IMG/VR virus record: IMGVR_UViG_3300037487_001184
Coordinates: 60,230 to 124,229 of that record
Direction: 5' to 3' (one strand)
Source: a virus
DNA length: 64,000 nucleotides
The notes beneath the pieces were generated by a model, which was not told the DNA's origin, searched no databases, and saw only the letters and a list, made by a program, of their open reading frames with translations. This document shows, piece after piece, positions 38,371 through 48,240 of the stretch; position 1 is the first letter of the stretch; every line of letters begins with the position of its first letter. The translations under genes were made by a program, and so were the position numbers.

Positions 38371-38832
38371 CTACCAATCACCAAACTTAAATTTCTCACC
38401 TGTTGAAGCAGCGGGGATGACGTGTTCTAACGCTTCCGCCTTTCGCGCAAAGCAAGTTGTTAGAAGGTCAGTAGCTCCTACTAGTGGTGAATGCTCAGTC
38501 TGAATTCCTGGGAACTTCTCTGTTAAATCATAACGGATATCATTCCAGATGAAATGACCTGCATAATCCAACCCAGTGGTACCAAAAATAGCGGTAATTG
38601 CAGAGGTTTTAAAACAAAATCTAACCAAATCCATTTCAGTTACACCACCAACACCAACGCCATATCCTAATCCCTCACGAACGAACCTAAGATTCTCAGC
38701 CATAACATAGCCTTTAAAGACATATTCTGTTCCTGTAGGGGACACATAAGTTATATCCGAAGAAGCAGTGCCATCAAAAACACTCTCTATTATAGTTTTA
38801 ACTTGTGAGCCTATACTGTTCCAATTGGTCAT
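38371..38832 (-). CDS. Putative head-closure protein
   Basis: Size and position between the adaptor and gp10-like genes. Confidence 0.5.
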   Translation of the reverse strand: MTNWNSIGSQVKTIIESVFDGTASSDITYVSPTGTEYVFKGYVMAENLRFVREGLGYGVGVGGVTEMDLVRFCFKTSAITAIFGTTGLDYAGHFIWNDIRYDLTEKFPGIQTEHSPLVGATDLLTTCFARKAEALEHVIPAASTGEKFKFGDW

Positions 38833-39440
38833 GCTACATAATCCGGAGAATCAAGCAAGGTAGTGGCAGTAACAACTCTGGTTGCAAAAGTTCCTCCCCT
38901 GAACTGAGCAAGGTATGGTTTTAACAACATCCAGATAGGTGCTCCATAAGCTTTCATAGTTTTATACAGCAATGGTTTGTTTACAGAAGTCTGTTCCTTA
39001 ATTGTGGCTGCGTCCATAGTATTCTGAAGACCAACTTCCAATATGCCCATAATCTTAACACTTTTAACAAGTGCATTTTCAAGTAGAATATCGCCGCCTA
39101 CGGCTTGTTCATCTATGTTAGCTATATTCTTATCTATAACAAGACAAGCTGTTAATGCCTGTGCTTGTTTTACAGCATCTGGAATCTCAGTAACATCAAG
39201 TTGACAAGAGCGAGGAAAACAAAGCGCCTGATTTGCATATACTAAGTTGCCACGCAAAGGGAATGTACCCATAAACTGAGCAGCAACTCTAAGTCTGAAC
39301 TCCTTAGCTAAATCTTCGAAATTCAGCCAAGTGTCTAAGTAAGCTTCGTCGATACCAATATTCTGTAGAAAATCATCAGCATCTACAGCTTCTATAAAAC
39401 TATCAGCATATGCTCCGCCAACTGTAGTATCTACAGACAT
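38829..39440 (-). CDS. Head-tail adaptor (DnaT-like-family neck protein)
   Basis: ADSFIEAVDADDF, NQALCFPR, IPDAVKQAQ, LLKPYL. Confidence 0.75.
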   Translation of the reverse strand: MSVDTTVGGAYADSFIEAVDADDFLQNIGIDEAYLDTWLNFEDLAKEFRLRVAAQFMGTFPLRGNLVYANQALCFPRSCQLDVTEIPDAVKQAQALTACLVIDKNIANIDEQAVGGDILLENALVKSVKIMGILEVGLQNTMDAATIKEQTSVNKPLLYKTMKAYGAPIWMLLKPYLAQFRGGTFATRVVTATTLLDSPDYVA

Positions 39441-39634
39441 TAATCCTTCTCATTATCAGAGGTTATTTTAAACCTCGGATCATCAGTGTTATATTTTTTC
39501 AAAGTTCTTAAAAACTTTGCGGCTTCTTTATCTACCTCTACTGGTTCATAATAAGGAAACTCAGTCTTTACATCTTTATGCATAAGGAAGTACTTACTTT
39601 CCTTGGGTCCAAGATATGTTGCGAATATTTTCAT
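39440..39634 (-). CDS. Small hypothetical protein after the major capsid gene
   Basis: 64-aa ORF with GGAGG RBS; stop overlaps the next start. Confidence 0.65.
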   Translation of the reverse strand: MKIFATYLGPKESKYFLMHKDVKTEFPYYEPVEVDKEAAKFLRTLKKYNTDDPRFKITSDNEKD

Positions 39635-39656
39635 AATACACCTCCCCTGAATAGGG

Positions 39657-39684
39657 TAGGTGGGCTCACATTAGAACCCACCTA
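39657..39684 (-). other. Stem-loop directly downstream of the major capsid gene
   Basis: TAGGTGGGTTC-taatgt-GAGCCCACCTA; no U-tract, so more likely a stabiliser or attenuator. Confidence 0.5.
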
Positions 39685-39695
39685 ACTGATTAATT

Positions 39696-40685
39696 TTAAT
39701 AAATACCCGTAACCTGGACCACCCCATTTTTGTCTTCGATTTGTAAGGCTATGCGAAGCGTAAGAACTATGATGATAACACGAGCAGAGATGTCCTTGTC
39801 AGTTTCTACCATAATCCTACGCTGAATACCCATAATAAGGTTCTTTGGGTCGCAGAATAATGTGGTACCATCGGGCATAAGCGAGCACGGTCTGATTGTG
39901 GTTCCAAAGACCTGAAGTGCATCATTGTAAGTTGCACTAAGTCTAATGTCACCAAGACCAGTCAATCTCTGACCAAGATACTTTGCATAATCAAACTCAA
40001 GTCTATGTGAAGTATATATCTTCATAGCTGACTTAAGGCGCTGATATCTAGTCGGAAGTGTACTAATGCTATATGCAAACACGTTCTCGTCAATTGACGG
40101 AGCCGTGGCATAAGCACAAGTATAAGCATCAGCCAGCTTCAAGATTCCATCCTGAGCCAATCGCATATCAGTAGCCGACCAATGTGTATCGGACACCGGT
40201 TCGGCATCATGTTTAATGTGATGAGTTTTATCGCCGGTAAGCAGAAGCTCTTCGAGTTCATACGAAACTTTCTGAGTGACTAGTTCCATAACAGTCTGCT
40301 CAAACCTTCCACCCTCGATGTTGTCTTCTAACACGTCGTAAGGAATACGCACTTCAGCTACTAGTTCCTGAGTATCAAGGTCAACGTAGCTAGTCGTAGG
40401 CGCAGCATAATCAGTAGATGCCAGCGGGGTAATACTTCCGCCGGGCTTGTGTAGCAGCGTATCGGACATAACTATCTTGTTAAGACGCATAGAAGGTCCG
40501 CTCATTGTTACTGTGCGAATCTCGTTTAGGATAGTAGGCTGGTCAACAATCATTCTGATGAATCTATCAGCCTGTTCCCTGTTAAGTAAACCACCACCAG
40601 CTCCACCAGAGCCGATGAGGTCGGTAGTCATGAAGATAGAGCCAGCGGCTCGTTCAACCATGTCTTGTGTGTTCGGTCTTGCCAT
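39696..40685 (-). CDS. Major capsid protein (HK97 fold)
   Basis: GGLLNREQADRFI, YDVLEDNIEG, LEELLLTGD, QDGILK, LPTRY, DPKNLIMGIQRRI. Confidence 0.9.
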   Translation of the reverse strand: MARPNTQDMVERAAGSIFMTTDLIGSGGAGGGLLNREQADRFIRMIVDQPTILNEIRTVTMSGPSMRLNKIVMSDTLLHKPGGSITPLASTDYAAPTTSYVDLDTQELVAEVRIPYDVLEDNIEGGRFEQTVMELVTQKVSYELEELLLTGDKTHHIKHDAEPVSDTHWSATDMRLAQDGILKLADAYTCAYATAPSIDENVFAYSISTLPTRYQRLKSAMKIYTSHRLEFDYAKYLGQRLTGLGDIRLSATYNDALQVFGTTIRPCSLMPDGTTLFCDPKNLIMGIQRRIMVETDKDISARVIIIVLTLRIALQIEDKNGVVQVTGIY

Positions 40686-40713
40686 CTTATAAATTCCTCC
40701 TAAAGTTAATTAA

Positions 40714-41829
40714 TTACGCCAATGCAAAAAGACCCTTGAACACATTATCGCTGTCACGGTCTTTTCTTGTAACTGGTTCTTTATCCTCAGTAATTCTACT
40801 AATAGACACATCTTCCTCTTCGAACTTGGTGAGTCTCTCTTCAAGTTCTTTTATTTTAGCCTCAAGTATTTCAACACCATCGACCCTAACTTCTACCACT
40901 GTATCAACCGCTGCCTTCACTTCCTCCACAGGCGGGGGGGCAAGTTTCTCAGAAAGTTGCTCAACAACCTTCGCCATTGCAGTTTCTAGTCTCTCATCAA
41001 GAGCCTTACCGATAGCATCGGGCAGACGTGTTTCCAGCAACTTTGAAAGCTGCTCTGAAGGATCAGTAGTAATCTCTTCAGTTCTCTCAATAACTTCTTC
41101 CATTTGTATAACCTCTTCAGTTTTTTTTAGCGAGTCCATTGGATTGGATTCAAATCTGAGCGCAATGCCCTCACCAGAATTATCCAGTCCCATACTCACA
41201 TAGGTACTAAAAGCATCAAGAGCGGACGCAACCGACTTTTTCTTGCTCTTAGAATCCAAGCTACTCATACTAAGTGTGCTAATAACATTAGTCACAAGTG
41301 AGTCTAATTCACGTAATATAATATCACCAAATGTCACAACGAATCCGTTAGAATCTATTCCAACTGTTGAAGCCATAGAGTTGCCCCTTACGGTTACAGC
41401 TTTTGAATCAGACTCTAGTAATTCACCAACTAATGCGAGCGCCCCACCCTCAAGCCTTTCCATATAGAAAGACCCTTTATTGAAAGCATCCATTGGTCGA
41501 TGATTAAACTTTTTATAAAAATCAAACTCCTCCACCCTCTGAACTTCCATATCATGTAACCAAACAAGTTTCTCCTTCAGTTCGTCAATGTTGGAAGTAG
41601 AAGGGACTAAAACACTTTGAATCACATCATTCATTCCTTTTTCCCCTCTTTTGTTTTTATCTATATTCCTAACAGTCCACTGAGCACGTTCTTCATCTTC
41701 TCTGACAATTTTAAAAGGCAATCTGTTACTACCGTGGTCGACAAGCGATACAAACTCAACATCAAAATCTGTAAGGTAGTTTACAAACTTGCTCTCTTCC
41801 ACAGTATTCTCGTCAATAACTTTACTCAT
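40714..41829 (-). CDS. Capsid scaffolding-like protein
   Basis: N-terminal EFVSLVDHGSN motif; acidic coiled-coil C-terminal half; immediately upstream of the capsid gene. Confidence 0.65.
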   Translation of the reverse strand: MSKVIDENTVEESKFVNYLTDFDVEFVSLVDHGSNRLPFKIVREDEERAQWTVRNIDKNKRGEKGMNDVIQSVLVPSTSNIDELKEKLVWLHDMEVQRVEEFDFYKKFNHRPMDAFNKGSFYMERLEGGALALVGELLESDSKAVTVRGNSMASTVGIDSNGFVVTFGDIILRELDSLVTNVISTLSMSSLDSKSKKKSVASALDAFSTYVSMGLDNSGEGIALRFESNPMDSLKKTEEVIQMEEVIERTEEITTDPSEQLSKLLETRLPDAIGKALDERLETAMAKVVEQLSEKLAPPPVEEVKAAVDTVVEVRVDGVEILEAKIKELEERLTKFEEEDVSISRITEDKEPVTRKDRDSDNVFKGLFALA

Positions 41830-42436
41830 TTACAACCCCACAACTGCAAGTAAATCTATGACTATGGTCTAACTCTATCTCAGTGGCAGTGGACAGTAAT
41901 ACTTCATGCACATGACGCATAGCTTCTGAGGACCAGGTAGGTATAACCTTGCCGTCCTCATCAAATACTATATGAATCACGTGTGAATGTTTATCTATAC
42001 TTTCGGATAGGTTCAGTTCTGTTTCTACGTCTAATTCTGTTGTTCTTGTTAAATCAACATAGGTTTTAGTTTCATCTGAAAAACCAGCTATCGAGTAGCC
42101 ATTGTATTCGCCTCTTAATACTTTATCCCAAATAGCGTCGCCTACGATTTGTGTTCCGAGAACCCAAGACCCTGTATAAAATTCGTCCGGGTCGTTCTCC
42201 CTCGCTATAAATGATTCAATCACGTAACAGCCGGATTCTTTCCAAGAATGTTGCTCATCAATCCGATTCACATACCCTTTTTTCATAAAATCATAGGCGA
42301 CGCGTTTAATCTCATTAGCGGTCATAGTAGTCCCATGCGAATCAATAAAACCAGGACGATATACTTCACCGAAAACAATGCGCTCATAAGTGTCTCTAAC
42401 AACTAGGCGCTTGTTTTTGTCGGGGCTACTACTCAT
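41822..42436 (-). CDS. XkdF-like prohead serine protease
   Basis: RIVFGEVYRP..IDSHG, IDEQH, VIESFIA, GSWV, WDKV..GEYNGYSIAG. Confidence 0.85.
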   Translation of the reverse strand: MSSSPDKNKRLVVRDTYERIVFGEVYRPGFIDSHGTTMTANEIKRVAYDFMKKGYVNRIDEQHSWKESGCYVIESFIARENDPDEFYTGSWVLGTQIVGDAIWDKVLRGEYNGYSIAGFSDETKTYVDLTRTTELDVETELNLSESIDKHSHVIHIVFDEDGKVIPTWSSEAMRHVHEVLLSTATEIELDHSHRFTCSCGVVNE

Positions 42437-42539
42437 ATAATAGCACTACTAAAAAACACGTAATATTGTCAAGGGTAAATGCATTACTCCCTGCGTAAAA
42501 CTTGACAAATCAGTATGCATGGTTAATTATAATGCACAC

Positions 42540-42870
42540 ATCGAGAAGGTGCCCCCAAAATGCAAAGATTTACTGCAAAAGAAACTTGTCAAGATGGTGC
42601 CCCAAAACGGGGGCACCCCCTCCTACAATTTAGGGCAAAACATGAAAGCGCTTTCATAATTTTAATCAGAAAATGAGGCGACATGGCGTGTCGCCCCCTG
42701 CGACATGGCGTGTCGCACCCCTCGCCCATAAGTCTTTGATTTTCTTAAAAAATTGGATTTCTGCTAATATAATGAACGTTCTAGTTAACAAACTAATAAA
42801 GTAAGATAAGGAAACGTACTTAATAAATATAAGATATTTATTAAGTACGTTTCCTTTTTTTTTTTATAAG
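42540..42870. other. Putative replication origin / divergent control region
   Basis: GGTGCCCCCAAAA x2, GCGACATGGCGTGTCGC x2, palindrome ATGAAAGCGCTTTCAT, AT-rich 23-bp inverted repeat; at the strand switch, next to replication genes. Confidence 0.6.
42808..42856. repeat. Perfect 23-bp inverted repeat with 3-nt loop
   Basis: AAGGAAACGTACTTAATAAATAT-aag-ATATTTATTAAGTACGTTTCCTT. Confidence 0.95.
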
Positions 42871-43021
42871 ATAAGACGCAGGACTGCGTTTCCCCCTTCA
42901 GAAAAACCCCAGGAGCTTCGCGTATGCAGGAAAGTATAGGAGAGGGAGAGGGAGAGAAAGGTAAAGAGAGGAGCGTGGGTGGGTCGCTGCCCCCCATCGC
43001 GCGGTATTAAAGTATTCATGC

Positions 43022-43050
43022 TTGCAATTATTTTGAAATCGTGATATACT
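43022..43050 (+). promoter_or_regulatory. Sigma70-type promoter of the replication operon
   Basis: TTGCAA-17 nt-TATACT with extended TG; GGGAGG RBS downstream. Confidence 0.65.
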
Positions 43051-43088
43051 ATTTGACATTGGAATTTTAGTTTTTTGGGGAGGCGGGC

Positions 43089-44174
43089 ATGGAGAAAAGG
43101 TTATTCAAGGAGAATGAATACAATACACTCACTGCTTTATTTAGTATGGCATTAGCGGCGGCACCTAAGTTTACGTTAAATGTCACTAGTATAGCTCTAT
43201 TCATGTCAAGTAGGGCATCTCGTTGGGGGGGCATTGCAGCTACTACATCAACTGCTGATATTAGAAACTTTTTAATAAACACTCCGCATACAAATGCTCA
43301 CAGAACTGTCCAGAGGTCTATGGTTTCAATCAAAGAATCTAATCTATTTATATTTACTTCAGCCACCAACTATGTTATCAATTTTCCTGGAATACTGTCG
43401 CATTATTTTTCATATACTGCACTTAAAGGAAGCGCACTTAATTTTTTTAATGGTTTGTGGAGTAAGGTAGTCACGGCATATCATGACCAGGGCATTGCTT
43501 GCGACATTCCTATATTTGGTGGGGTTAGTAATATGAAACTCGATGAACTTGTTGAAGATGCAAGGGCTAAAAGTATAGCGAGTAAGAAGCCGACGAAAGG
43601 CAACGCGCTTACTGTAACCGGCTTTATAACTGCTATGAAAGCACTTTCATCAAAACACAACCGGAGTTTTAACGCTATCGAGGAGCCAAGAACTTTCAAG
43701 AAGGTTAAGAACTATCTTGCCGAATGTATAAAGGAGGAAAGGGACCCAATTGATACTATAGATAATACTATCCCTTATTGGAATGGCATAGTAACTTTTT
43801 TAATAGATATCACTGGTTATACTAGTATACAAGGTATCACTTTTGATTTTGAAACATTTTATAATTTTAGAGGATATGTGTATGATTACTTGTCGGTTCG
43901 TGAAGGAGGTGAGGGGATACGAGCATCTGAAAGAATTGTAGGAGGTATTTTTCTTAAAAGACTATTAGATGCAGGAAAGAGACCTGTTGCTGGTAAAGAT
44001 CACCGCATAGAGATTAAAGGTTTGGACGCTATGCTTACTAGCATAGAAGCGGGTGGACCTGTTGTTGTTGGACCTAATGTAGATTTGCCAGCTACTGAGA
44101 CCCCTAGTAAGTGGTTGAAGAGTGGTAAAACATTAAAAACATTGAAAGAAGAAAGAGCAAAGGAGAAAAGGTAA
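43089..44174 (+). CDS. Hypothetical protein, possible replication initiator
   Basis: First gene after the putative origin, upstream of loader and helicase; N-terminus could be a winged HTH. Confidence 0.5.
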   Translation: MEKRLFKENEYNTLTALFSMALAAAPKFTLNVTSIALFMSSRASRWGGIAATTSTADIRNFLINTPHTNAHRTVQRSMVSIKESNLFIFTSATNYVINFPGILSHYFSYTALKGSALNFFNGLWSKVVTAYHDQGIACDIPIFGGVSNMKLDELVEDARAKSIASKKPTKGNALTVTGFITAMKALSSKHNRSFNAIEEPRTFKKVKNYLAECIKEERDPIDTIDNTIPYWNGIVTFLIDITGYTSIQGITFDFETFYNFRGYVYDYLSVREGGEGIRASERIVGGIFLKRLLDAGKRPVAGKDHRIEIKGLDAMLTSIEAGGPVVVGPNVDLPATETPSKWLKSGKTLKTLKEERAKEKR

Positions 44175-44175
44175 A

Positions 44176-44847
44176 ATGGAAACTAATTATCCGGTAACAC
44201 CTTGGGATGATACTGAATTTTCTGGGAGCCGTGCCAACAAGGATTTGATTTACAGTAAGTTGATAGAACGCGGGTATGATATAGAAACAGCCTCCATTCA
44301 ACCACCGATCCCGATGATGAATATATTAGCAGACATATTAGCAAAACTAGATGAGCATAGATGGCTTGTCTTTCTTGCTAATAGTCAGAGTATGTTGGAT
44401 TCAGTCTGTAATTTCATCCCTATAATATTTGCACTTAATACGAAGAAGTCCGTTGCTAATGTATCTAACAATATGTTAGTTAGACTCTTTAGTGGGGATA
44501 GTGGAAATGATTTCCGTGATCCTAACGAGTATTTAAAGGAAATATCCAGGTCTACATTGATAGTACATACGGATATAGCTGATGGCGATAGTCGCATGTC
44601 TCATTACAAGGGAAGTATGTCTGCTTTCATAAAGTATAGAGATAGACCGACCTATAAGTACTTAATAACTAATTTATTCGAGGGGACTATGAATGAAGCT
44701 GTAAAAAGTACCTTCTTTTCCACTATTAAGAATACACTAGGTACATCTTTATTAATCAATATAGAAGAGAAAGCCGAGTATCTATATCACGAGAGTTCGA
44801 GAGCACAAGCCGCTAAAAAATGGGGTAAAGTGAGGAAAACAGATTGA
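44176..44847 (+). CDS. Degenerate DnaC/IstB-like helicase loader
   Basis: STLIVHTDI (Walker B-like), R.RPT...ITNL and LG layout, but no GxxxxGKT. Confidence 0.5.
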   Translation: METNYPVTPWDDTEFSGSRANKDLIYSKLIERGYDIETASIQPPIPMMNILADILAKLDEHRWLVFLANSQSMLDSVCNFIPIIFALNTKKSVANVSNNMLVRLFSGDSGNDFRDPNEYLKEISRSTLIVHTDIADGDSRMSHYKGSMSAFIKYRDRPTYKYLITNLFEGTMNEAVKSTFFSTIKNTLGTSLLINIEEKAEYLYHESSRAQAAKKWGKVRKTD

Positions 44848-46091
44848 GCGTAGGATTAGGCTTTTTACATCAGGTGTTGATAGACCGTCCGTGCTTGGAT
44901 TTCCTTAATAACTTCGGGCTGAAGATTGAGGATTTCGATGAGCGTGAGCAAGAGGTAATTGAGATTATTAAGAATCACATCTTAATATATTCAGTACTTC
45001 CATCAAAGGAGACTGTGGAAGCCGAATGGGGAACTCAGTTCTCAAAGTTCCCTAGAGAACCTATAGATTACTGGACTGATGGTATTATTAGGCGTTCTGC
45101 CAATATGCTTATATCTGAATCATTTGATGCCGTAAAGAGGCATATATCCAATAATGATGTGGATGAGGCACAGGCTAGAATAAAGAAACTCTATTTGGAA
45201 CTGCAGGAGCGCAGGGGCGCGCCCCCCGCGGTTAATCTGGCTGACCTTGGTAAGCTGGTGTTAGAAGAACATGATAAAGCACAGGTATCTAGGCACGATG
45301 CGGTAATTTCGCTTGGTTTTCCGTACTTGGATAAGGTATCCGCGGGCGCGCATCCGGGAGACTTCATAGCCATAGTGGGGAAACGATCGGCTGGAAAGAC
45401 TTACATAATGTTGAAGATGGCGAACGCTATTCATGCTGCCGGTAAGGTTCCTATGGTTATCTCTACAGAAATGAGTCCTGTGCAGTACGCGAGGAGAATT
45501 CTTGCTTTAAGGAGTGGGATAAAGTTTAGTGCCATCCGAACTGGCAGACTTATTCATCACATTGGCAGAAGCATGATAGAAACAGACATTCAGACACTAT
45601 TAGAATGCAAGAACCCATATCTCGTGATGAAGAGTGCTTTGACAACCACTCTTGAAGATGTTATACTCCACGTTAAGGAAAAACGACCGGACTGTGTTTA
45701 CGTGGACGGCGCGTATCTATTAAGGTCAGAATATTCGAAGCGATTGAACCGATTTGAACAGTACTCACATGGCGCAGATATGTTAAAACTCTTGGCTCAA
45801 GACACGGGTATTCCTGTCATTGCGTCCTATCAACTCCGCAGGAAAACAGCGGGGGGATTAGATGATGTTTACATGTCTGATGTGATTGCACAGAATGCTA
45901 CATTAGTTATAGGCATAAGTGATGTAGAAGAAGAGCATAAGAACGAAGCCGGATGGGAATCAGTTAAATACAAGATTATCGAAATCCTGAAGGGCAGAGA
46001 AGGAGAAACAGGTAAGATATTGGTGTATTTCGATATGGAACGAACGAAGATAGAAGAAGTGGAGGTACTAAGTGAATCTAGCGGGCGCTAA
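44844..46091 (+). CDS. DnaB-like replicative helicase
   Basis: GFPYLD, GKRSAGKT, ISTEMS, VYVDGAYL, YQLRR, SDVIAQNA, LKGREGE. Confidence 0.9.
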   Translation: MSVGLGFLHQVLIDRPCLDFLNNFGLKIEDFDEREQEVIEIIKNHILIYSVLPSKETVEAEWGTQFSKFPREPIDYWTDGIIRRSANMLISESFDAVKRHISNNDVDEAQARIKKLYLELQERRGAPPAVNLADLGKLVLEEHDKAQVSRHDAVISLGFPYLDKVSAGAHPGDFIAIVGKRSAGKTYIMLKMANAIHAAGKVPMVISTEMSPVQYARRILALRSGIKFSAIRTGRLIHHIGRSMIETDIQTLLECKNPYLVMKSALTTTLEDVILHVKEKRPDCVYVDGAYLLRSEYSKRLNRFEQYSHGADMLKLLAQDTGIPVIASYQLRRKTAGGLDDVYMSDVIAQNATLVIGISDVEEEHKNEAGWESVKYKIIEILKGREGETGKILVYFDMERTKIEEVEVLSESSGR

Positions 46092-48003
46092 AGAGTTCCT
46101 TAAAGAACTTGGCATCACGAAATTCACCCACAAAGGAAATTGGGTTAATGCCCACTGCCCACTTGCTAAACATAAGCATGAGAGCGGTAAGGACAGTAGA
46201 CCGAGTTTTGGGGTGAGTGTTTCAGAAGAAGAAACCTCAGTGTGGAAGTGTTTCACTTGTAGTCCCTCACCCAGACCTATGTTTTCGTTAATCCAAGACA
46301 TATGGAGAGCTACTGGGCATTACCCAAGAGCTGCCTCTTTAGTATTAATGCATGGAGATAACGCAACACACAATGAACCCATTACGTATGAACCGCATGA
46401 TTCGTGGAAGTCCTACGCGCAAAGACCAACAGATAAACTCCCAGATGATGTAATTGATATATTCCCACTTCTCTCAAACGATGTATCTAAACCTATAATG
46501 GATTATTTAGTAAACACTAGACGGATAGAACCTGATGTCATTGAATTGATAGGTGTTAGGTGCTGGGTCGATGAGAATCTAATCCTATTCCCTTACACCA
46601 ATAATTTGGGAGAGATTACTTTACTAAAGGCTAGAAGTTATAAAGAAAAGAAGATGTTCAACATAACCCCTGAGTATGTGGGGCAACCTTGGTTACGATT
46701 CAGGTCTGCACAGGCTACAGGGTCTTGGTTAGGACTTCACTTGATTAACTGGCAGGAACCTGTATATATTGTCGAGGGTGAATGTTTTCCACTAGATGCG
46801 TCTGTGTTAACACCAAATGGTTGGATTTGTTTTGAAGATTATAACGGCGAAAATGTTCTTCAAGTATTTGATGATTTCACTGCTTCTTTTGTAAAACCTA
46901 CAGCCATCATTAAAAAAGATTTTGATGGAGAACTTATTACATATGAAACGAAGGGGTACCTCTCTAAGACAACTCCTGGTCATCTGCTTGTCACCCTTGA
47001 TACGGAAGGGAATCTCTGTAAAACAGAAGCACAAAACTATCCTAAACAAGGACACCATGTTCCAAGGGTCGTTCAAGTTGATGGTCCAGGAATTAATCTA
47101 ACAGATAATGAAATTAGATTATGTGTGGCGGTTAGTGCCGATTTCACTATAGATTATAGAAAAGGCACAGGTAGTTGCAAACCTAGAGAAATGAGGTATG
47201 CCAGAGGTGGATTTAAAAAAGAACGCAAGGTGCAAAGAATTTTATGGTTATTAGAAACACTAGGCTTGCATTACTCATGTACTAAACCAAGCAAAAAGAA
47301 GTATATATATATTAGTTTCTCTATGCCGGATTGGGTTGTAGGTAGGGAGTTTCCACATGAGTGGTTATCACTGGCCACACTACACCAAAGAAACTTGATT
47401 TTGGGGGAGATGGTATACTGGGACGGGAACTCCGTTAAACACAGAGACCAAACCGAGTATACTTCTATGTCTTATAAAAACATAGTATTTATGCAAACAT
47501 TAGCCCACACATGTGGCAAGATTTCCACTGTTATGCATCGCCGTAACCAATACGGAAGTTGGTATAAAATTTCTATTCTACACGGGAAATCTACAAACTC
47601 TACACAATGTCTACGCAAAAGCTCAGACTATTACAAAGGTAAAGTTTTTTGTGTGTCTGTTCCCTCTGGAATGTTATTAGTTAAACAAAATGATAAAATA
47701 ACAGTGACAGGCAACTGTGATATGATGCGATTATTATCATTAGGTCGGTCTAATACCATAGCGGCAGGTACCAGTGGAATATCCCAGGCGCAGCTTGATG
47801 CACTTCATGGAATAAATTATAGGTTAGGATTTGATGCTGATGATAGTGGGCGCGCTGGTGCTGCCAAAGTCTACAGGATGCTAAGTAACAAAAATATTGT
47901 TAGTGTCTTGGATTGGAGTGTGGCTGGGTGTAAGGACCCAGGAGATATAACCTCAGAAGAACAGATTGTTAATGTGATGGAGCATTTACGGTTATCACTT
48001 TGA
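46072..48003 (+). CDS. DNA primase (Zn finger + TOPRIM) interrupted by an intein
   Basis: CP..H..DSRPSF..WKCFTC; IVEGE-[intein]-CDMM; GFDADDSG; CKDPGD. Confidence 0.9.
   Translation: MNLAGAKEFLKELGITKFTHKGNWVNAHCPLAKHKHESGKDSRPSFGVSVSEEETSVWKCFTCSPSPRPMFSLIQDIWRATGHYPRAASLVLMHGDNATHNEPITYEPHDSWKSYAQRPTDKLPDDVIDIFPLLSNDVSKPIMDYLVNTRRIEPDVIELIGVRCWVDENLILFPYTNNLGEITLLKARSYKEKKMFNITPEYVGQPWLRFRSAQATGSWLGLHLINWQEPVYIVEGECFPLDASVLTPNGWICFEDYNGENVLQVFDDFTASFVKPTAIIKKDFDGELITYETKGYLSKTTPGHLLVTLDTEGNLCKTEAQNYPKQGHHVPRVVQVDGPGINLTDNEIRLCVAVSADFTIDYRKGTGSCKPREMRYARGGFKKERKVQRILWLLETLGLHYSCTKPSKKKYIYISFSMPDWVVGREFPHEWLSLATLHQRNLILGEMVYWDGNSVKHRDQTEYTSMSYKNIVFMQTLAHTCGKISTVMHRRNQYGSWYKISILHGKSTNSTQCLRKSSDYYKGKVFCVSVPSGMLLVKQNDKITVTGNCDMMRLLSLGRSNTIAAGTSGISQAQLDALHGINYRLGFDADDSGRAGAAKVYRMLSNKNIVSVLDWSVAGCKDPGDITSEEQIVNVMEHLRLSL
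46783..47715 (+). mobile_element. Intein (311 aa) with LAGLIDADG-like endonuclease domain
   Basis: Starts CFPLDASVLT; TTPGH (block B); EMVYWDG; VFCVSVPSG..VTGN followed by Cys+1. Confidence 0.9.
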
Positions 48004-48194
48004 GACCAGACCCGTTATATGAGTATGAAGGAAAGATGATAACAGCATACGACCTTGCTGAGAAATTGTGTTACAGGAAGAAGTATATTGACAGGATGCT
48101 TAAAAAGTATACTGCCGATGAAGTTGGAGTATTAGTCAAGGCTTTTCACGAGTACCACAGCAAAAATCTCGGATTACTTGACAACGAGGAATAA
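48000..48194 (+). CDS. Small putative HTH protein
   Basis: YEYEGKMITAYDLAEKL resembles the TYxGExxTxxxWAxxL module of the HNH proteins; TTGA overlap. Confidence 0.5.
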   Translation: MRPDPLYEYEGKMITAYDLAEKLCYRKKYIDRMLKKYTADEVGVLVKAFHEYHSKNLGLLDNEE

Positions 48195-48206
48195 ATGTGG
48201 TATTAT
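48178..48206 (+). promoter_or_regulatory. Sigma70-type promoter of the SSB operon
   Basis: TTGACA-17 nt-TATTAT with extended TG; AAGGAG RBS. Confidence 0.75.
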
Positions 48207-48240
48207 GTAAGCATAACAAAATGAAGAAGGAGAAGAAACG

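Noticed and set aside
40667-41203. Long antisense ORFs (also 48136..48735, 56913..57566, 62509..62949)
   Set aside because: They lie opposite well-supported genes or across repeats and have no recognisable motifs
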